IMG/VR virus record: IMGVR_UViG_3300036772_000425
Span: 202,924-266,923 of that record
From: a virus
Length of the DNA: 64,000 nucleotides
Strand: one strand, 5' to 3'
In this document: positions 27,165 to 35,999 of the stretch, piece after piece
How the letters are laid out: every line of letters starts with the position of its first letter
How positions within the stretch are numbered: position 1 is the first letter of the stretch
The notes under the pieces: generated by a model
Database searches by the model: none
Told to the model about the DNA's origin: nothing
What the model saw: only the letters and a program-made list of their open reading frames with translations
Position numbers and translations under genes: made by a program

Positions 27165-27787
27165 CAATGACCTCGCCAGTAGACACGGGTGTTGCGTTGG
27201 TAGAAGTCGGCCCAAGGCCTTCCTTGCAACAGAGCGGTGGGAGCCAGCATGACATGCCTGACCAGGTCTGACATGGCATCATGGACCACGTACCCGATCT
27301 CAACCATCTTTGCGATCACCTCATCCACCTCCTGGCAGTTCGGATGGGTCTCACCTGGCATCGGTTGCTGGCCGGGCCGCGCAGCGCTCAGGATCACCCA
27401 CTTCGGCTCCAGATCCCGGATCAGTTCGAAGAACCTGTGATCGTGCTCCACGGGCCAGTGCTCCAGCATCTCCAGGCTGAAAAGCAGGTCAACGTCTTGC
27501 AGGACAAGCGGGAGAAGCGGTTTCAGACCGCTGATCGTGGTCAGGTCGACACGCTGGAATTTGTGTTCTGGGATGACAAGCTGCTCCTTCGTCAAGGAGC
27601 AGCCATCGAACCCCATGCAAGGGACGCCCAGTTCGACCCAGCGTTTCAGGAAGTGCCCAGGTCCACACCCGAGCTCCACCACGGAATCCGGGGCTAACTT
27701 CTGGTCCAACATGTCAGCCAGCTGCTGACGGAAGTGGTGGGAGTACTTCAGACCACCGGCGTATGAAGCATGATCGTACGTCGTCAC
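27164..27787 (-). CDS. class I SAM-dependent methyltransferase
   Basis: motif I VVELGCGPGHF; motif post-II LLFSLEMLEH. Confidence 0.7.
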   Translation of the reverse strand: MTTYDHASYAGGLKYSHHFRQQLADMLDQKLAPDSVVELGCGPGHFLKRWVELGVPCMGFDGCSLTKEQLVIPEHKFQRVDLTTISGLKPLLPLVLQDVDLLFSLEMLEHWPVEHDHRFFELIRDLEPKWVILSAARPGQQPMPGETHPNCQEVDEVIAKMVEIGYVVHDAMSDLVRHVMLAPTALLQGRPWADFYQRNTRVYWRGH

Positions 27788-28320
27788 TTGATGAACTCCA
27801 TGATCTCAGAGACCTCCCTGTCAAGATCCTCATCGTCCACGTTCAGCTTCAACGTCCTGCACCTCGTGACGTTGTCAACGAAGTCGAAGTACTCATCGTG
27901 GATGGCGTCCAGGACGTGCGAGTCGATACGAGGATCAAGGTCGTCACTGATGCCGAGGTAGCTCGAGCGATGGCACAGCACGATCACCGCCCCGAGAGAG
28001 GCCCACATCTCGTCCATGTGCTTGATGATCTGCTGATCGGTTTTCCGACCGAGGACCTTCGAGTACACCCGTTCGCAGGGAAAACCTCGGTCGAAGATGA
28101 CGCTGTGCCCCGTCTGCTTCAGGACATCGAAGACCCGTGGGTCCGCGTACCTCATCTGGTTCAGGAAGGCTTCTCGCCTGGAGACCCTGCACGACAGGAA
28201 GGTGTCGTGCTCGCTCGATGCCTTGAAGTACGGGATCCCGGAGCGTCCGGCTAGTTCCTGACCGATCTCAGTTTTCCCGCAACGATCAGGACCACACAAG
28301 AACACGATGCGCTGCATCAT
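27784..28320 (-). CDS. P-loop kinase (dNMP/nucleoside kinase-like)
   Basis: Walker A LCGPDRCGKTE at the N-terminus; 178 aa. Confidence 0.55.
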   Translation of the reverse strand: MMQRIVFLCGPDRCGKTEIGQELAGRSGIPYFKASSEHDTFLSCRVSRREAFLNQMRYADPRVFDVLKQTGHSVIFDRGFPCERVYSKVLGRKTDQQIIKHMDEMWASLGAVIVLCHRSSYLGISDDLDPRIDSHVLDAIHDEYFDFVDNVTRCRTLKLNVDDEDLDREVSEIMEFIK

Positions 28321-28326
28321 GCAACC

Positions 28327-28575
28327 CTACACCCTGGACGAGGGGTCTTCAACCTGGCGCCGTTCCTCCAGGAGATCACGTTCCCGTTCGCGGTACACCG
28401 CGTCCCAAGTATGCCCATGGAGCTTCCTGATCCGCGCGGTGGCCTCGGGCCCGATGGCATCCCTGATCTTCCGGAGGATGGCGTCCCTTGGCGGGCCCAT
28501 CCCATCGTAGTTGTTGATGCAGGCCAGGATGTACTCCAGCTCAGGGTCCTCGAACCGTACCCCGTCCTGGTTCAC
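28327..28575 (-). CDS. hypothetical protein
   Basis: 82-aa ORF. Confidence 0.4.
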   Translation of the reverse strand: MNQDGVRFEDPELEYILACINNYDGMGPPRDAILRKIRDAIGPEATARIRKLHGHTWDAVYRERERDLLEERRQVEDPSSRV

Positions 28576-28925
28576 GGTGCACCTGAAAAGGTGCCATCGG
28601 AGGGCCCAGCAACGGTCTCCATCTCATTGAACATCAGATCGGCGATCTCCCTGGCCTGTTGCGCTGCAGACTCTGCTAAACGCCAACGCTCCAACCTGAT
28701 GAGGTTCTGTGGGCTGTTCCGGGCGAACAGCCATCCGTAGTTCGTGTTGAAATTCTCACCGGTTGACTTGACGGTGAAATGCAGCTGGGAGCTGCCTCCC
28801 AGGATGGTCTCTGAGAGGTTCTTCTGCATCCCGCCAACCGGGGCGTAGTGCAGGTTGATGACGACGGTGCCGGCGCGGATTTTGACACGCTCGTGCCCGG
28901 CGTACACAACGCTCTTCCTGATCAT
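28572..28925 (-). CDS. hypothetical protein
   Basis: start at internal MIRKSVVYAG. Confidence 0.4.
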   Translation of the reverse strand: MIRKSVVYAGHERVKIRAGTVVINLHYAPVGGMQKNLSETILGGSSQLHFTVKSTGENFNTNYGWLFARNSPQNLIRLERWRLAESAAQQAREIADLMFNEMETVAGPSDGTFSGAP

Positions 28926-29030
28926 GATGTACTCTTCATTCCGATCGGCCGGTTCTTTCAAGCTACCCTCTCCTTCTTGGCCCACAGTTGGCCCACCGAC
29001 AATTGGTGGGTATGGGATGTGGAAGCCCCT

Positions 29031-30395
29031 TCATGCGATCAACTTCACCTTCCAGAGGCCGGTCGACACCCCGAAATCATCCTTCTTGACCTCCGCCACG
29101 TAGAGCCGGAAGGGTTCCAGGAGCTCCTTCGCAGTCCATACGCTCAACCGGATCGGCTTTCCGATCGGCCCTGTGACAAAGACCTGGACGTAGTCCTTGC
29201 CTGCCTTCGACCTCTTCTTCAGGCCCGCCACCGGCTCTCCGCCCTTCTTCACGGTCGCCAACACCGTGACGAACCACACCACGTCAGTCTCACCGAGCTC
29301 CAGATCCTCGATGGATCCTACGCCCTTGTTGTCCATGCGCCCGAAGATCTCCGGATCGAACATGGTGGTGACGTCCGCGGTGCCGAAGAGCTCTGACTGG
29401 AACCCAGCGAGTTCACGTTGGGTCCATTCCTCCGAAAAATCATCACGAAGACCGCGGGCCAGGCCGTACAGGTTCTTCCTGCCCTCATGCCGATCCTTTG
29501 TGGGTGATCGCTTGATCATGGCACCGTGGTCGCGGACACGTTCGACCATCTCGGTGGATCCCTTCCTGCGTGGGACCTCCTCCGTGTACGAACCCATCAT
29601 GACCTCGTACATGTGACGGTAGCTGCCGAACAATCGATCATCACCGACGCAGTTCAGGCTGTCGAAGGCCCGGATCTTGATCAGGGCTTCCATCGCTTTC
29701 CTGTTGAGCTTGCTGGGGCGCCAGCTACCGTCCTCCGCGTACAGGAGAGCCTCAAGGTCAGAGAACGGACGGTTTGCCACGATCTCCTCGACAGCCGCCT
29801 CGCCGATCCCCTTGACCGTCGTCATGCTGGGCATCATCCGTTTCCCTGGCAGGATGGTCCAGCTCACGGTGGCATGGTTGATGTCGATGGGCACGATCTG
29901 GTATCCCAAGGAACGTGCCTCGCCGAACGCCTTCGCTCGATGGATGGGAGTGTGCGACATGGACTCCATGTATGCGCACAACCACTGTTCCTCGTAGTAC
30001 GTCAGGAGCCAAGAGCACCAGAAGCTGTCGATGGCATACGCCACCGCATGGCTCTTGTTGAAACCGTAACCTGCAAAGTACAGGATCTTGTCGAAGAGGT
30101 TGCTGGCCACGGCCTCCGTGTACCCATTGGTGATGGCGCCCTGGATGAAAGGATCCCGAATCTCCTTCTTTGCCTTCTCGGCAGCGGCTCCCACCAACTT
30201 CATGATGGCGCGACGGACCTCGTCGCACTTGTCCTTCGGGAACCCGGCGACCTTCTCGGCAAGTTCCATCACCTGCTCCTGAAAAATTATACAGTTATGC
30301 ACCAGAAGGTTATTTGCGAAGAAGTTGTGGTTCTTCTTGACCTGGATGTCGTACACCGGTTGGGCCGGTTTCCGCACGATCGACCGGATCTTCAT
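29031..30395 (-). CDS. dnaE: DNA polymerase III alpha subunit C-terminal fragment (DnaE-C) preceded by a split-intein C-fragment
   Basis: begins MKIRSIVRKPAQPVYDIQVKKNHNFFANNLLVHN|C (an Npu DnaE IntC-like VYDIGVERDHNFALKNGFIASN|C); the extein contains AGYGFNKSHAVAYA, the hallmark of DnaE. Confidence 0.85.
   Translation of the reverse strand: MKIRSIVRKPAQPVYDIQVKKNHNFFANNLLVHNCIIFQEQVMELAEKVAGFPKDKCDEVRRAIMKLVGAAAEKAKKEIRDPFIQGAITNGYTEAVASNLFDKILYFAGYGFNKSHAVAYAIDSFWCSWLLTYYEEQWLCAYMESMSHTPIHRAKAFGEARSLGYQIVPIDINHATVSWTILPGKRMMPSMTTVKGIGEAAVEEIVANRPFSDLEALLYAEDGSWRPSKLNRKAMEALIKIRAFDSLNCVGDDRLFGSYRHMYEVMMGSYTEEVPRRKGSTEMVERVRDHGAMIKRSPTKDRHEGRKNLYGLARGLRDDFSEEWTQRELAGFQSELFGTADVTTMFDPEIFGRMDNKGVGSIEDLELGETDVVWFVTVLATVKKGGEPVAGLKKRSKAGKDYVQVFVTGPIGKPIRLSVWTAKELLEPFRLYVAEVKKDDFGVSTGLWKVKLIA
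30294..30395 (-). mobile_element. split intein C-terminal fragment (IntC, 34 aa) of DnaE
   Basis: blocks F/G with terminal HN followed by the +1 Cys at 30291-30293. Confidence 0.8.
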
Positions 30396-30415
30396 GGGCG
30401 CAACGGTCTGCATGC

Positions 30416-31153
30416 CTACATTTTCCTCAATTTGCTGGGATAGTTCACTGCCTCGGACGCCCATACCCGATGGACGGTGTACCCGAGCGCCTCGCCAGCC
30501 CTCGTGAACGACAGGTCGATCCTGAACTGTCGTTTCATCTTGGGGGTGAGCTGGTGCATGTCAGGGTTGCCGTGCCAGTAGTCCCCGTCGAACTCCACGA
30601 TGAGCTTGATGGACGGGACGCAGAAGTCGAACTCATGGTTGATGGTGTCAACACGGAACCGATGGATGACCTCGTCACCGTGGATCGCCTCCAACACGCT
30701 CTTGAACGCGAGCTCAGCCTCCGAGTTCCGCTTCCGAGGTTTCTGCGTCTCGAGCCCTTTGCTGATCTTTCGAGAGTGTTCATCGAAGAAACCGGCCTCA
30801 TGTGAGCGCAGGTGCCATGTCAAACCGCGGTGTCGTTTGAAGATCCGACCGCACTGGTCGCAGGCCACGTCAGTCGCCTCATCGTTCGAACTGCAGTAGG
30901 ATCTGTGGGAACGCAGTGCCGTGTTGGAACAGAAGTCCTTCTTGCAAACATCGCACCGGTACTCACCCTCCTTCCGGACGTTCTCCCGCAGTTTCGCGAT
31001 CCTCAATTTCTCCAGGTGTTCATCGGTGAACTTTCGACCCTTGTATGTTCGGCGGCGCCATTCCGACAGGTGTTCGATGCAGCATGCGACAGACCGCACG
31101 TTGCGTGTCACGTACTGCTTGTCGCAGATAAGACACGTTCTGTTCAATTTCAT
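30416..31153 (-). CDS. C2H2 zinc-finger protein with C-terminal Vsr/DUF559-like endonuclease domain (putative free-standing homing endonuclease)
   Basis: two C2H2 fingers (CDVCKKDFCSNTALRSHRSYC; CDQCGRIFKRHRGLTWHLRSH); C-terminal IVEFDGDYWHG...D..R...L...GY.V.RVW matches the DUF559/Vsr-like fold signature; 20 nt upstream of IntC. Confidence 0.6.
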   Translation of the reverse strand: MKLNRTCLICDKQYVTRNVRSVACCIEHLSEWRRRTYKGRKFTDEHLEKLRIAKLRENVRKEGEYRCDVCKKDFCSNTALRSHRSYCSSNDEATDVACDQCGRIFKRHRGLTWHLRSHEAGFFDEHSRKISKGLETQKPRKRNSEAELAFKSVLEAIHGDEVIHRFRVDTINHEFDFCVPSIKLIVEFDGDYWHGNPDMHQLTPKMKRQFRIDLSFTRAGEALGYTVHRVWASEAVNYPSKLRKM

Positions 31154-31188
31154 CTTCCAGTAGCCTTTCCTGGAAGATAGGTATCAGC

Positions 31189-32268
31189 ATGAGCGCCCTT
31201 GAGAAGGTTTCATACAAATTTGTGCAGTATGCAAAATCCTGCATCAGGCAGAACACAGAGGCTGCACTGCGTGATATGCGGATCCCATTGAACCCAGCTC
31301 AGTGGGATCAACTGGCGCCCATCATCTCAGCCTCGATCGATGAAGCTTACGCTCATGCATTTCCCGAACTAGACTCACTGATGCGATCGCCCGATAGCAT
31401 CGATCCAGAGACGTTCGACATCCCTGATGGTTTGATCGAATTCGCTGGTAAGATGACATCGCAGGCGAAGCGTAAGACTGCGGCCTTCACCATCGTTCGC
31501 AACGAATCCTTCTTCCTGGAACTGTGGTGCCGGTACTACGCTCGTGAGTTCGGAGCGAGCAACCTGTACATCCTGGACAACAGCACGTCAGACGGTAGCG
31601 TCGAAAGGATCAAGGTTCGATGGCCCGACATCAACATCGTCCTCGTGCCCAGTGTCGAAGCCATGCGATGGGCCTGGTGTACCAGCATCGTACGATGCTT
31701 CCAGAAGATCTGCCTGAAGGGTTACGATGTCGTGGTGTTCTCAGACGCTGATGAGTACCTGGTACCGGATGACGGACATGGACTGCGGGCCTACGTTGAA
31801 CGATTCCGAAATTCAGATCTGTCGTACGTTCGGGCCACCGGTTGGGGGGTGGTGCAGCAACTGGACACCGAGGGTTCGATCACCTCGCACGAACAGGTTC
31901 TTACTGATCGACGAAAGGCCTGGCGCACGAGGGCCTACGACAAGACATTGATCAGCAAGGTTCCCTTGGATTGGGCTAAAGGCAGTCACACCATTCGCAT
32001 CAACGGTGCGAAGATGACAGGTGATCCGTGCGATCCGACACTGTCGCTGGTTCACCTGCGTGACCTGGACGTTGCTATGTTCCACGAACGCTGCTTGAAG
32101 CTTGCTGCGCTGAACCCAGCCGGGCTACCTTTGGCGCACCACGGTTCTATCGACCTTCGTCAGATCGAGGAGTACTTTCGCACGCTGAAAGCCCCTTGGA
32201 ATCCACTGGCGATCCATTACGAAGGATCGCCAGTGGATGTTCCAGAGACCTGGCGCGCATCAATCTAG
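31189..32268 (+). CDS. GT-A-like glycosyltransferase family protein (DxD)
   Basis: FTIVRNESFFLELWCRYY...ILDNSTSDGS...VVFSDADEY pattern typical of GT-A nucleotide-diphospho-sugar transferases; plus strand between the dnaE halves. Confidence 0.45.
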   Translation: MSALEKVSYKFVQYAKSCIRQNTEAALRDMRIPLNPAQWDQLAPIISASIDEAYAHAFPELDSLMRSPDSIDPETFDIPDGLIEFAGKMTSQAKRKTAAFTIVRNESFFLELWCRYYAREFGASNLYILDNSTSDGSVERIKVRWPDINIVLVPSVEAMRWAWCTSIVRCFQKICLKGYDVVVFSDADEYLVPDDGHGLRAYVERFRNSDLSYVRATGWGVVQQLDTEGSITSHEQVLTDRRKAWRTRAYDKTLISKVPLDWAKGSHTIRINGAKMTGDPCDPTLSLVHLRDLDVAMFHERCLKLAALNPAGLPLAHHGSIDLRQIEEYFRTLKAPWNPLAIHYEGSPVDVPETWRASI

Positions 32269-33150
32269 GATGAAGGTGCGCACAACTCCGACAGTTCCGT
32301 TCTGCACGCCGCTTCCGCCAGCAACGGCGATCGAACCGCTGTTTTGCAACACGTTCGCCGTCACGATCAGGATAAGACCTCCGGCACCCCCGCCGCCCCA
32401 CCCGTTGGGATCGTTCTGTCCACCGTTTGCATGGATCGACCCGCCGCTTGCAACGATCAGATCGTGAGCGATAAGGGCAATCACGCCGCCACCACCACCG
32501 CCTGAACCTTGCGCTCCGGATCCACCACCCGCTCCACCGGTGATGGGCAAACTTGAACCCGCAGATGCGTGGACAAGATCTTGGACGGCGACAGGTACAA
32601 CATCTCCCATGGATGTCATGTTCCAGAATGGAACGTAGCTACCACCGTGGAACGACGTTCCGGAACCATCGCCACCTCGAGCGTTGGCTCCTAGCACACC
32701 GTTTGTTGATGCAACACCATCGGAATTCGATCCACCGGTGCTTCCACCGCCCAATGTGCCAGCTGGGCCACCCACGCCGCCAGGACCAGGATTTCCACCT
32801 CCGCCGTTCGAACCATTTCCGCCGTCGCAGGCGACAGTACCGCTGATGGTGCACAGGTTCTGAACGAAGATCCGATAACCGTTGCTGAACAGGGTTTGAC
32901 CCGATTGAACAGTCAACGTCGAATAGTACATGTCCCGCGACAGCGTAGTGCTACCTGAAATCACAACGCTACCATCACTACCGTTTCCGTAGGACGATGT
33001 TGAGTTTGAGTTCCCTTCGATCAACACCGACCCGTTGGACTGGCTCGTGATGCTGACACCGCTACCGGCGATCAGGTAAGACGAGCCGTCAACCAGTTGT
33101 GTAAGGGACCCAGAAATACCGCCCAGTGAATCGACAATGAATGTTTTCAT
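32260..33150 (-). CDS. Gly/Ser-rich beta-helix-like repeat protein (possible fibre or structural protein)
   Basis: 296 aa dominated by GGxGxxG, NGS and SGS repeats; lies immediately downstream of dnaE-N/IntN. Confidence 0.45.
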   Translation of the reverse strand: MKTFIVDSLGGISGSLTQLVDGSSYLIAGSGVSITSQSNGSVLIEGNSNSTSSYGNGSDGSVVISGSTTLSRDMYYSTLTVQSGQTLFSNGYRIFVQNLCTISGTVACDGGNGSNGGGGNPGPGGVGGPAGTLGGGSTGGSNSDGVASTNGVLGANARGGDGSGTSFHGGSYVPFWNMTSMGDVVPVAVQDLVHASAGSSLPITGGAGGGSGAQGSGGGGGGVIALIAHDLIVASGGSIHANGGQNDPNGWGGGGAGGLILIVTANVLQNSGSIAVAGGSGVQNGTVGVVRTFILD

Positions 33151-33171
33151 GTCGATAAGTATCGAGTCGGC

Positions 33172-35985
33172 TCAGTCGGCGATGCGAGTGATCGAATCCG
33201 TGTCCAGAAGTTGCCCTGCCTCGACCCACCCACGTTGGGTCATCACCAGGTGATCCTCGGTCAGTTCCAGGGTGGTCCCGTCATCCATCGTGAGCTCGAT
33301 GATGTCACGAACACCGTTGCAGACCACGGCGACCACTTCGTCCATCTCCACTTGACCCGTGGATTCATTGTAGGACGGAAGCTTGGTACCCACCATGTTC
33401 CGGTCCACGATTTCTTTGATGGGCACCTCGCCCATCTCAGTCATCACCCGGGTGTCACCCGTCAGGCAGGAATTGGTCTTCGCCAGGATCTTGTTGATCC
33501 GGACGTCGCCCCATTCGATCTCCTCCCCGTTGTTCTTTGCCTTCAGGTACAGCTTGTCGACGTTGGCCGCAAGGGGTCCAGGTCGGTAGATGGAGGTCAG
33601 GGTTGCGATGTCGACGATGCTGGTGGGCTTCGCCTTGACGAACAGCTTCTGAGCTCCGGCAGACGTCAGCTGGAAGATGCCTGCCCATCGGGCCTGAGCG
33701 TAGACCTCGTAGGGTCGTTGGTCCATGAAGTCAATGACATCAGGGGCCAGGTGTTGCTCGTACCAACCTCGGATGTCGTCGAAGGTGGGTTTCGGGTTGC
33801 CGCCCTTGATCAGGATCAGCTCGATGGTGCGCTCGATGAGCCGCATGGTCTCCAGGCCCAGCAAGTCGTACTTGATGAACTCACCGATCTTCTCCAGGTG
33901 CTTGGCATTCAGCCCTTCCACCCACGGTGATTGTGGCTCACGCTCGCCACCCTTTCCCTTGGAGGTGACCAGCGGCATCTTGCTGGGCAGGTCGTCTGCG
34001 ATGAGAACCCCACCAGCGTGGCGTCCCAGGGAACGATTCTGCTTGAACAGGGTGTTGATGGATTCTGCAACCTGCGGGTGCCTGTCAATGAAACCCTTGA
34101 ACGATGGGCTGACGGGCTTGTCGCAGTCGGGTGAACAACCGGTGCACACCGATTTCAACCTCTTGTTGACAAGATCCTCGCACAGGAAGCCGACAGCGTC
34201 GGCGTACATCAGGTTGAACAGGTTCTTGTCGTCTCCCTGCCGGGAGATCGCCCTACGAACCTCGTCCTCCACCGTGCGGGTGGCTGCATTGACCTCCTCG
34301 AATGGAACACCGTAGAACTTGCCGAGATCCTTCACCAGCGACTTCAGCTTGAAGTTGTTGTAGTTGGAGATCGGGACGACGTTCTCCCATCCGAAGAACT
34401 TCCGGAGCTCGTTGAGCACCTTGTCACGGTCCGCAAGGTCCGTATCGATGTCAGGGGCGCCCTTGCGGTACACGCTGAGGAAACGAGCGAAGGGAAGGTC
34501 CCACTTGAGAGGATCGAGGTCGGTGATGAAGAGGACGTAGGCCACCAACGAACCACCGCCGGAACCACGAGCGGGGCCGACAAGGCACACCTTGCGCGCC
34601 AGCTCCATGATCTTCTGGTACGAGATGAAGTACACCTCGTTCTTCATCTGCTTGATGACCCCCAGTTCCTCCTTGAGCCGAGCGATGTAGTCCTGCTTGT
34701 CATGCAGGCCGCGGCGCAGCATGCCAGCCTTGCACAGGTTGACAAGGTGGTTGAAGCTCGGAGTCCCCTCCGGGATCAATTTCTTGGTCGGGAACTTCGG
34801 GCTTCGATCGGGCGGTACCTCACCGATCACCCTGTGAGCGATGTCATGGGTACGCTCCACCGCGTCCCGGATCACATCATCCCGGTACCAGCCGGTGCCG
34901 TCCTTGCTCTTCAGGTACTCGTCCCAGATCTGGGCAGCGTTCTTCGGATAGAGTTCGCACTTGAGCTCATCCTTGGAACGAGGGAGGCTGTCGGGCTTGA
35001 TCTCGTAGCCCATCCAACCCAGCTTCTTGTAGAGTTCGCGTTCCTTCCACAGCTCGGGTCGAGCGTAGTGGGAGTCAGCGGTGACGACCAGCTGCTGGTT
35101 GAGCCCATTGCGCTCGGTGAACTCCATGATCGCACGGTTGACCAGGTTCTGGGCCGACAACCGGTTGAACTGCAGCTCCAGGTAGTAGTTCCCCTCGCCG
35201 ACAGCGTCGACCATCTGCTGGTAGACGTTGCCCACCGCGGCGACGCACCGGTCCAGAAGATTTGGATCGTCCAGGAGAGCGGCGTTGAGGTCGTCGAACT
35301 TGTGCTTCTGCAGTTCCTGGAACATTGCGAAGGCGGGGGCGCCGCCGATGCAGGCGCTGGTCACCACCACGTTCCGATCCTTACCGGCTTCCTTTAACAT
35401 CGAGAAATCGATGCGAGGGAACTTGTAGAACCCGTTCAGGTACCCCTTCGCCGTTGCGGCGAAGATGGAAAGGAGACCCTGTTGGTTCTTGGGCAGCAGG
35501 ACCAGGTGGTGTCGACGGTTGACCGGGTTGAAGTGCTTGGTCGATTTGGTCTCATCCTCGTTCTCGATGGTCAGAGCGTTGGAAAGCTCCAAATCCTCGG
35601 TCTCATCGTCACCGTCGACAGTGGCGATCACCTTGGTTTGCATGAATTCCTGCTCCTTACGGAGCTTCTTGGCCTCTGCCTTGTCCTGCTTCGCACGTTC
35701 TGCACGGGCCATGTCCTGGCGCCAGATGTCGAGATCAGGATGGTAGTACGCTTCGATGCCCGGGATGTACTTGAAAGGCTTGTCCTTGTTGGACTTCGTC
35801 CAGTCCTCCACCCAAAGTTGGGCCCAGGCATAGGAATTCATGCTGCCATGTTCCGTGATGGCCATCGCATCCATTCCATTTTCGATGGCAAAGCGGAAAT
35901 GTTCATCGGGATATCCCAAGCCATCGAACGCGCTGAACCCAGTGTGAGAATGAAGGCCAACAAACCGCTGCGGAGCATCAGGCAT
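33172..35985 (-). CDS. dnaE: DNA polymerase III alpha subunit N-terminal fragment (DnaE-N) ending in a split-intein N-fragment
   Basis: PHP domain RFVGLHSHTGFSAFDG at the N-terminus; ends ...NS|CLTGDTRV...TEDHLVMTQRGWVEAGQLLDTDSITRIAD* (an Npu DnaE IntN-like CLSYETEI...KDHKFMTVDGQ). Confidence 0.85.
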   Translation of the reverse strand: MPDAPQRFVGLHSHTGFSAFDGLGYPDEHFRFAIENGMDAMAITEHGSMNSYAWAQLWVEDWTKSNKDKPFKYIPGIEAYYHPDLDIWRQDMARAERAKQDKAEAKKLRKEQEFMQTKVIATVDGDDETEDLELSNALTIENEDETKSTKHFNPVNRRHHLVLLPKNQQGLLSIFAATAKGYLNGFYKFPRIDFSMLKEAGKDRNVVVTSACIGGAPAFAMFQELQKHKFDDLNAALLDDPNLLDRCVAAVGNVYQQMVDAVGEGNYYLELQFNRLSAQNLVNRAIMEFTERNGLNQQLVVTADSHYARPELWKERELYKKLGWMGYEIKPDSLPRSKDELKCELYPKNAAQIWDEYLKSKDGTGWYRDDVIRDAVERTHDIAHRVIGEVPPDRSPKFPTKKLIPEGTPSFNHLVNLCKAGMLRRGLHDKQDYIARLKEELGVIKQMKNEVYFISYQKIMELARKVCLVGPARGSGGGSLVAYVLFITDLDPLKWDLPFARFLSVYRKGAPDIDTDLADRDKVLNELRKFFGWENVVPISNYNNFKLKSLVKDLGKFYGVPFEEVNAATRTVEDEVRRAISRQGDDKNLFNLMYADAVGFLCEDLVNKRLKSVCTGCSPDCDKPVSPSFKGFIDRHPQVAESINTLFKQNRSLGRHAGGVLIADDLPSKMPLVTSKGKGGEREPQSPWVEGLNAKHLEKIGEFIKYDLLGLETMRLIERTIELILIKGGNPKPTFDDIRGWYEQHLAPDVIDFMDQRPYEVYAQARWAGIFQLTSAGAQKLFVKAKPTSIVDIATLTSIYRPGPLAANVDKLYLKAKNNGEEIEWGDVRINKILAKTNSCLTGDTRVMTEMGEVPIKEIVDRNMVGTKLPSYNESTGQVEMDEVVAVVCNGVRDIIELTMDDGTTLELTEDHLVMTQRGWVEAGQLLDTDSITRIAD
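33175..33468 (-). mobile_element. split intein N-terminal fragment (IntN, 98 aa) of DnaE
   Basis: block A CLTGDTRV (Cys1 codon 33466-33468) and block B TEDHLVMT; terminated by a stop codon, with no contiguous C-terminal intein part. Confidence 0.8.
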
Positions 35986-35999
35986 AGAACACCCTACCA

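Noticed and set aside
28994-29012. Inverted repeat CCCACC-gacaatt-GGTGGG downstream of dnaE-C
   Set aside because: No T/U run follows on either strand, so it is not convincingly an intrinsic terminator.
33211-33930. 239-aa plus-strand ORF
   Set aside because: It is antisense to dnaE-N.
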